64,000 nt of DNA from NCBI GenBank assembly GCA_025774935.1, contig JALGZK010000008.1:17576-81575 (forward strand). Reading direction: 5' to 3'. The position numbers were made by a program, and so were the translations under genes. The notes under the pieces were generated by a model that was not told the origin of the DNA, searched no databases, and was given only the letters and a program-made list of their open reading frames with translations. This stretch comes from a bacterium. GTDB lineage: Bacteria > Joyebacterota > Joyebacteria > Joyebacterales > Joyebacteraceae. Below are positions 18,832 through 24,373 of the stretch, one piece after another (position 1 is the stretch's first letter; every line of letters starts with the position of its first letter).

Positions 18832-20249
18832 GAGCCCTCCCCGGCCGTGCGGACGGTCAACCCCGTCGACCAGACGCCCACCCGGCCCTCCCGGAGAGAC
18901 GCGACCACGATCTCCAACCGCCCGTCGCCGTCGAGATCGACGACCGCCACGCCGCCCGAGCCTCCCGCACCGGGCAGGCCCAGCACGTCGACCACGGTCC
19001 CGTCCGCGCCGTCGACCACGAAGACGCGGTCCTTCACGTACGCGACGAGCGCCGAGGCCGCCCCCCCGCCGCTCCCGTACCGCGGCAGTCCGACGGGAAC
19101 GCACCGCTCGACGATCTTGCCGTCCACGTCGAGCCGCCAGAGCTCGCTCCCGGTGCGCGGGTTCCACGCGTACAGGAACCCGTCGCTGCATCCGAAGACG
19201 AGCTCTCGCCCGGGCCCGTCCCGGAGGTCGGCGTCGGCCATGGCGATGACCGGCTCTCCCGTCCGCGCGAGCACCTCCTTCATGCCGCAGGGCACGTCGT
19301 TCCGGGCGACGTGCGCTGCGTGGGACTCCGCGCCGAACGGCACCGTGCGCGCGAGCATCTCCCCGGTCGCTCCATCGAGAAGCACGACCGCCCCTGCGAA
19401 GCACCCGACCGCCACTTCGCGAGCGCCGTCGCCGAGAAGATCGGCGACCACCGGATCGCTGCTCGCGGCGCCTTCGGGGACGAGCGTCCCCTTCTCGCCG
19501 AGGACCGTCCGCCAGAGCGGCTCGCCCGAGGGGGCGAAGCACGCGAGGACGTTCATGTTCTCGACGACGAGCACCTCGTCGAGACCGTCACCGTCGACGT
19601 CCTCGAGCACCGGGCGGCTGAAGCCGTTGTCGAACCGGCCCTCGGCGGCCGCCGCCTCGTTCGTCCAGAGCTCGAGAGACCCGATGACGCCGGCCCCGGC
19701 GCCGTCGCGCATCCCCGCGCCGGACAGCGCGACCAGCGTCTCGTTCCGCTCCTCCCCGACCGTACACACGACGTCCGGGACGCCGTCGCCGTCCAGGAGC
19801 CCGACGGCGATCTCGCCGGCGACCCCGGGCAACCGTTGCTCGGACATCACGTTCCCGCTCGCACCGTCGAGAACGAGGAGCTCGTCCCCGACCGCGGCCA
19901 GGATCTCCGCGCGCCCGTCCGCGTCGAGATCTGCGACGTCGACCACCGCGCGTGTTGCGAATTCCCTGCGCCAGATCTCGACGCCGTCCGCGCCCACGAG
20001 CACTAGATCGCTCGGTTCCTGCCTGCAGCGCCTGACGACGAGGAGATCGACGCCGTCCGAGGCGAACCGCCCCAGCGTGACGACGGTGACCCCGCGGGCG
20101 GGCAGCCCGAGGGGCGTCTCCCGCACGAGCTCGCACGGCGGGAGCCGTAAGGACGAGGCCGCCGCGGCACTCCCCACGGGCGCACCGCCCGCCGCCCCCG
20201 CGGCGACCGCGACCGCCAGGACCGCCTGAACCAGTCTCGCGCGTCTCAT
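18828..20249 (-). CDS. Secreted FG-GAP/VCBS-type beta-propeller repeat protein
   Basis: I trimmed the start to ATG 20249 (SD GGAGGAGGGAG), giving the signal MRRARLVQAVLAVAVAAGAAGGA. It has repeated Ca-binding-like DxDxDG motifs: DLDADGRAEIL, LLDGDGVPDVV, DVDGDGLDEVLV, DLLGDGAREVAV and DLDGDGRLEIVV. Confidence 0.8.
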   Translation of the reverse strand: MRRARLVQAVLAVAVAAGAAGGAPVGSAAAASSLRLPPCELVRETPLGLPARGVTVVTLGRFASDGVDLLVVRRCRQEPSDLVLVGADGVEIWRREFATRAVVDVADLDADGRAEILAAVGDELLVLDGASGNVMSEQRLPGVAGEIAVGLLDGDGVPDVVCTVGEERNETLVALSGAGMRDGAGAGVIGSLELWTNEAAAAEGRFDNGFSRPVLEDVDGDGLDEVLVVENMNVLACFAPSGEPLWRTVLGEKGTLVPEGAASSDPVVADLLGDGAREVAVGCFAGAVVLLDGATGEMLARTVPFGAESHAAHVARNDVPCGMKEVLARTGEPVIAMADADLRDGPGRELVFGCSDGFLYAWNPRTGSELWRLDVDGKIVERCVPVGLPRYGSGGGAASALVAYVKDRVFVVDGADGTVVDVLGLPGAGGSGGVAVVDLDGDGRLEIVVASLREGRVGVWSTGLTVRTAGEGS

Positions 20250-20284
20250 GGTTCTCCCTCCTCCGCCGGCGCCGAGGGGCGGAC

Positions 20285-20455
20285 TCAGTAGTCGAGGTGA
20301 CAGAGGTCGTCGGAAGCGCACCCGGTGACGTCGGACCCGCAGTAGTCGACCGCGCTGCATCCTCCCCAGTCGATGAAGACGCGGCAGATCTCCGTGCCCC
20401 CGGTCCGCCCGGCGCCGCGCCGCGCGACCCCGTTCACCTGCTCGAGATGTCTCAT
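20285..20455 (-). CDS. Putative RiPP precursor peptide P3 (56 aa, 5 Cys)
   Basis: ATG at 20455 is preceded by GGAGAGGGG. Translation: MRHLEQVNGVARRGAGRTGGTEICRVFIDWGGCSAVDYCGSDVTGCASDDLCHLDY. It is a paralogue of P1 and P2. Confidence 0.7.
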   Translation of the reverse strand: MRHLEQVNGVARRGAGRTGGTEICRVFIDWGGCSAVDYCGSDVTGCASDDLCHLDY

Positions 20456-20488
20456 GCGTCCCGCCCCTCTCCTGCCGTCCGTGCCGAC

Positions 20489-20662
20489 CTAGTAGTCGAT
20501 CAGACAGATGTCGTCGTGGCTGCAGTCCGCGAAGTCGAACGCGCACTGATCGATGCTGTCGCAGTCGCCCCAGTCGATGAAGATGTAGCAGGCGAACGGG
20601 ACGCTCGCCATCTGCGTCGTTCCCGTCTCCCGCCCCCCGTTCGCGAGCCTGAGATGCTTCAA
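20489..20662 (-). CDS. Putative RiPP precursor peptide P2 (57 aa, 5 Cys)
   Basis: TTG at 20662 lies 8 nt after GGAGG. Translation: MKHLRLANGGRETGTTQMASVPFACYIFIDWGDCDSIDQCAFDFADCSHDDICLIDY. In the track it is hidden in the tail of shadow ORF 20489..21118. Confidence 0.7.
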   Translation of the reverse strand: MKHLRLANGGRETGTTQMASVPFACYIFIDWGDCDSIDQCAFDFADCSHDDICLIDY

Positions 20663-20700
20663 CCGCACCACCTCCTTCCACTCATCGTCCCCCGCCGAAC

Positions 20701-20880
20701 TCACGTCGTGTCGACGATGCACCCGTCGTGACTGACGCAATCGCTCTCGAAGTCCAGCAACCAGCAGGTGTCCGACACCGCACATCCCGAGTAGTCGACC
20801 AGGCACAGGTCGCGCTTGGAGCGGCCGGCAGTCGGCCCGCCCCCCGGACCCCTGCCGTTCGCAAGCCTCAGGTGCTTCAC
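20701..20880 (-). CDS. Putative RiPP precursor peptide P1 (59 aa, 5 Cys)
   Basis: GTG at 20880 is preceded by GGAGGGGAGGTGG. Translation: MKHLRLANGRGPGGGPTAGRSKRDLCLVDYSGCAVSDTCWLLDFESDCVSHDGCIVDTT. In the track it is hidden in the tail of shadow ORF 20701..21204. Confidence 0.7.
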   Translation of the reverse strand: MKHLRLANGRGPGGGPTAGRSKRDLCLVDYSGCAVSDTCWLLDFESDCVSHDGCIVDTT

Positions 20881-20921
20881 GTTCCCCACCTCCCCTCCAC
20901 GTTCTCCACCCCGGTTCCCTG

Positions 20922-23426
20922 TCACCTCCGCGCACGTGACGTCCGCGACTCGCGCCCTGTCGCGATCTCCGGCCTGGCGCTTCCTCTGGCCGCCGCCGCG
21001 AGCGCGCTCCGCTGCTCGTCCGGAAGCGACGCGTAGATCCACATCGAGAGCTCGAAGATCCTCCGCTTGAGCCTGCACCGCGGGGAGTCCGGGCCGACCG
21101 CGTCCGGTCCGACGGCATCCGGCCCGGCGGCGTCCGCGCCGGCCGCCTCGAGGTCGTGCACGCAGGGGCCGCCGCAGAGGTGGACGGCCCAACAGCCGGC
21201 GCATACGTTCACTGCATCTCGGAACCTGCGGAGGATGTTGCCGACCCTCTCGCGGTCCAGACCGCGCTCCACGTCCCCCACCGCGAACCCCGGGTTTCCG
21301 GCGAACCGGTGGCAGAACGAGAGGGCGCCGGAGGGATCGACCGAGACGTACCTCGTCCCCGCGCCGCAGGGCGTCCGCCGGCGCGCACCGGTCTCGAGTG
21401 CGAGTACCGTCTCGGTGAAGTTGCCCGTCGACGGCCGGTCCCCACGCGCGACGGCAGCGAGCTCTCCCTCCGCGAGCTCCTCGAACTCCAGCGCGAGTCG
21501 GTCAGCGAACTCCCGGCTCATCGCGGCGCCGCTCACTGGAGCGAAGTGGACGACGTACAACCCGAGACCGCGAAGGTGCTCCGCGATCTCCGCGAGCGGC
21601 CGCGAGTCCGGCGTGACCGTCGCCCGGGCGCCGACTCTCATCCCTACAGGGAGCTCCCTCAGGTTGCGGACGATCGTGTCGTACGATCCGGTGCCGTCAC
21701 GGAAGACGCGATGGGCGTCGTGCTCCGCGGCACCCCCGTCGACGCTCACAAGAGCGCGCACGCCACTTCCGTGAAGGAACGAAGCGTTCTCCGGCGTAAG
21801 GAGCGTCCCGTTCGTCGTCATGTGGAAGGAGACGGAGCGGCCCTCGGCTCCCGCGCGCCGCCTCGCGTAGTCGACGATCTCTCCGATGAGCGCGGGCTCG
21901 AGGAGCGGCTCCCCGCCGAAGAACACGATCGAGACGCGGGCCTCGCCCGCCGACTCGGAGAGAAGGAGGTCGACGGCGCGGAACGCAGTCGTCCTAGACA
22001 TGCTCGAACCGTCGCGGGCTCCGGGCCTGCCCTCGCGCACGCGTCCCCCCGACGAGAGGTAGCAGTAGTCGCAGCTCAGGTTGCAGCTGTCGGTGAGGCC
22101 GAGGGCGACGGCGGTCAGACCGGACGAGGCTCCGGCCGCGGCCCAGGCGTCGCACGGAGACCTGAGGTCCCCCGGACCGCTCCCCTTCGGCCACGGCTCC
22201 GGGCGCGCGAGCGCCCGGAGCTCACCCAGGACCTCGCCCACGACGTTCTTCCCCGCGTTCATGTTGAGCACGCCGAGCCCGCCGGGATCAGAGCCGGCTC
22301 GGAGCCACTCGACAACGTCCAGGACCGCGGCGTCGGCCTCGAAGAAGAGCCCCGAGTCGACGTCCAGCACGAGACCCCGACTGCGGACCTCGAACGCGTG
22401 GACCTTCCGGGCGAGCTCGGGAGGAACGCGTGCGTCTCGGGTGGGCACGGCCGGCGCGGCGTTCCCCGAAGCGGCCGCGGTCACCGATACGCGTCGCGTG
22501 ACCCATCCGAGCCTCTCCCTCGACTCGTCCCGCCGACGCTCGAGGTGGGAGGCGAGCCCCTCGGCCCCGAAGGCCAGCGCCGCCTCGGCCGCCATCGCGT
22601 AGTGACGGTCGATCTCGCCGGCGACGAGCGCGAGCGTCGCCGCTCCCGCCTGCGAGAGGAGGACGTCCCCCACCCGGCTCGCGGGCGGCGGTTCTTCGAG
22701 GCGCGCCGCGGCGGCGAGCAGCCACGACGGTACGGACCACCGTCCCGCCTCCAGGTCGGCCTCGAGATCCTCGAGGTCGTCCGCGAGCTGGTAGGCGGTG
22801 TGGAACCTGTCGATCACGCTCTCCATCGCGGGAAGCGCGTCGTTCCTCCCGGACAGCGCGGCGACCGCAGCGGGGCACACCTTGAGCGGCGACATCCCAC
22901 GGCCGAGCATCTCGAGCGTCGCGGGAAGCGCGCCCCCCGAGACCGCGTCCCGCCCCTCCGGTGACTCGAGGACCTCCTTCCGCCACTCGAGGCTGGCGAA
23001 ATACTCGCGCAGATACCCCACGAGCGGCTCGACGAAGGAGAAGGCGAACGAGCCGTCCCCGCGGAAGAGCCTCCCGTACTCGAGCATGAAGAGGATCAGC
23101 GAGCGGTCGGAGAGACAGCAGTCCGACGGCGAGGGCCGAGCGTCGCCGTCCATCTCGTCGTCCTGCGCGAGGAAGTGGGCCGCGCCGAACGCGTTCCCGA
23201 GTGCCATGGTCCTCGCGGCGTCGAGAGCGCCCTCGAACGGAAGGGCCTCCGCGAGGAAGAACGGAAGCCTGAGAACGAAGTTGTCCCTCGTGATCCCGCG
23301 CTCGAACGCCGGCGCCCCGGCGGAACCGGAGAGCTCCGGCATGGCGGATCTGAAGCCGATCGCAACGCGGCGCAGTTCGGCGCGGTGGTCGATCGCCGAC
23401 GAGATCGCTTCCGTGGTCGAGCGCAT
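20922..23426 (-). CDS. Radical SAM/SPASM peptide maturase fused to an N-terminal isoprenoid-synthase-like (two DDxxD) domain
   Basis: 834 aa with CxxxCxxC (TDSCNLSCDYC, residues 448-455). The full SPASM pattern is present: CGAGTRYVSVDPSGALSFC, then CAGCWAVHLCGGPC, then a final C. The N-terminal ~330 aa carry FLAQDDEMDGD (res 85-95) and YQLADDLEDLEAD (res 212-224). The start codon is uncertain because no clear SD is present. Confidence 0.88.
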   Translation of the reverse strand: MRSTTEAISSAIDHRAELRRVAIGFRSAMPELSGSAGAPAFERGITRDNFVLRLPFFLAEALPFEGALDAARTMALGNAFGAAHFLAQDDEMDGDARPSPSDCCLSDRSLILFMLEYGRLFRGDGSFAFSFVEPLVGYLREYFASLEWRKEVLESPEGRDAVSGGALPATLEMLGRGMSPLKVCPAAVAALSGRNDALPAMESVIDRFHTAYQLADDLEDLEADLEAGRWSVPSWLLAAAARLEEPPPASRVGDVLLSQAGAATLALVAGEIDRHYAMAAEAALAFGAEGLASHLERRRDESRERLGWVTRRVSVTAAASGNAAPAVPTRDARVPPELARKVHAFEVRSRGLVLDVDSGLFFEADAAVLDVVEWLRAGSDPGGLGVLNMNAGKNVVGEVLGELRALARPEPWPKGSGPGDLRSPCDAWAAAGASSGLTAVALGLTDSCNLSCDYCYLSSGGRVREGRPGARDGSSMSRTTAFRAVDLLLSESAGEARVSIVFFGGEPLLEPALIGEIVDYARRRAGAEGRSVSFHMTTNGTLLTPENASFLHGSGVRALVSVDGGAAEHDAHRVFRDGTGSYDTIVRNLRELPVGMRVGARATVTPDSRPLAEIAEHLRGLGLYVVHFAPVSGAAMSREFADRLALEFEELAEGELAAVARGDRPSTGNFTETVLALETGARRRTPCGAGTRYVSVDPSGALSFCHRFAGNPGFAVGDVERGLDRERVGNILRRFRDAVNVCAGCWAVHLCGGPCVHDLEAAGADAAGPDAVGPDAVGPDSPRCRLKRRIFELSMWIYASLPDEQRSALAAAARGSARPEIATGRESRTSRARR

Positions 23427-23580
23427 GGATGTCCCGAAGGGGATCGTGCCGGGGCGTTCAGCTGGTGGGGACTGGGAAGTGTCGTTTCTGGATGAGGACC
23501 GGCCGGCAGGGCAGTTGCGGGAGAATCATCTGCGTTCCTGCCGGCCGTTGTGGGCCAGCTCCATCCCCAGAAAGGTGAGA

Positions 23581-23596
23581 AGCAAGACGCTGACCA
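23581..23596 (-). promoter_or_regulatory. Candidate sigma-54 promoter B for the rSAM operon
   Basis: The minus strand reads TGGTCA-GCGTC-TTGCT. GG/GC spacing is correct, the -12 element is good and the -24 element is weaker. It lies ~155 nt upstream of ATG 23426. Confidence 0.35.
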
Positions 23597-23978
23597 GAGT
23601 TGCTGCTTAGGATGGAGCCCGCGGAGAACCGCGTTGTGGTGCTGCTTGTGTGCGCGCCTTTCGGTGGGCGCTGACCGTATTCGAATCCTCTGTCTATGTT
23701 GGTTACAGCTCCGGTGCTGATCGAGCTGTGGAGTTCTCAGCCGAGCACGGGCGATGCGATACCGATGAGCAGGATCACGACCATTACCTTTATTCTCACT
23801 CTCGCCGCGCTCGGCATAACTGCTACCTCTATGTCATCTCCCCTGTACTGCTCGAGGAGCCCTAGAGTCCGGAAGAGAGAAGCGAACCAAAGAGCGACCG
23901 GACTCGCCCCCCCTGCTTTGTTAACACCCTGGCCGCCTCTCCCTTCCATATTTAGTTGTCAACTACACCCCCCTCTAC

Positions 23979-23994
23979 CGCATAGGTCGTGCCA
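23979..23994 (-). promoter_or_regulatory. Candidate sigma-54 promoter A
   Basis: The minus strand reads TGGCACG-ACCT-ATGCG. The -24 element is perfect and the -12 element has the conserved GC but flanking mismatches. It lies ~555 nt upstream of ATG 23426. Confidence 0.4.
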
Positions 23995-24288
23995 GAAACG
24001 GGTGAATGAGTCCTCAGCCACTCGAAAATCGCTCAGTTCTAACTGCCACACCTACAGCAGGTTACAGAGGTGGCCCGAGATTCACTCAGGTTCGTGACCG
24101 GGCCTCATGGCAAAGATTCGACGGTAATTGAGGTGCCCATGTGGACAGCCACCGTAACTTGCTCATGTATAGGGAGTTGTGGAACCGTCGAGATTTTGAC
24201 GCCTCGTCTGGTTTTGGACGCGCTGGAAGGCCTGACGAGGGGAGGGTCGGGGCGCCGCGGGGCTGCGCTGGAGGCGCCCCGCGGACAC

Positions 24289-24314
24289 GAAAACGCCCCG
24301 GTCAAGCCCGGGGC
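24289..24314 (-). terminator. Intrinsic terminator downstream of the TPR-sigma-54 activator gene
   Basis: The minus strand has stem GCCCCGG, loop GCTTGA and stem CCGGGGC, followed by GTTTTCG. It lies ~60 nt after the stop at 24374. Confidence 0.6.
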
Positions 24315-24373
24315 CGCGTGGTGGGATCTGGTGTGAACTCGGCGCAGCCGGCGCCGGGCCGGGGTCTCCGCCC

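Noticed and set aside
23458-23529. 23-codon minus-strand uORF (MILPQLPCRPVLIQKRHFPVPTS) between promoter candidate B and the rSAM start
   Set aside because: It has a weak GGAA SD and does not resemble the three Cys/Asp-rich precursors. It has no support beyond being open. It could be a leader peptide, but that cannot be argued from sequence alone.
23677-23688. GTATTCGAATCC, a tRNA/tmRNA T-loop-like sequence in the non-coding island
   Set aside because: The flanking bases do not form a T-stem on either strand. No acceptor or anticodon arms and no tmRNA tag-reading frame could be drawn.
23737-23949. 70-aa minus-strand ORF just downstream of the TGGCACG -24/-12 candidate
   Set aside because: - It has no SD at a sensible distance; GAGGGGGG lies ~18 nt upstream.
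- Its third codon positions are rich in A/T, unlike every credible gene in the window.
- It resembles no family.
- I kept it only as a remote possibility within the finding on the non-coding island.
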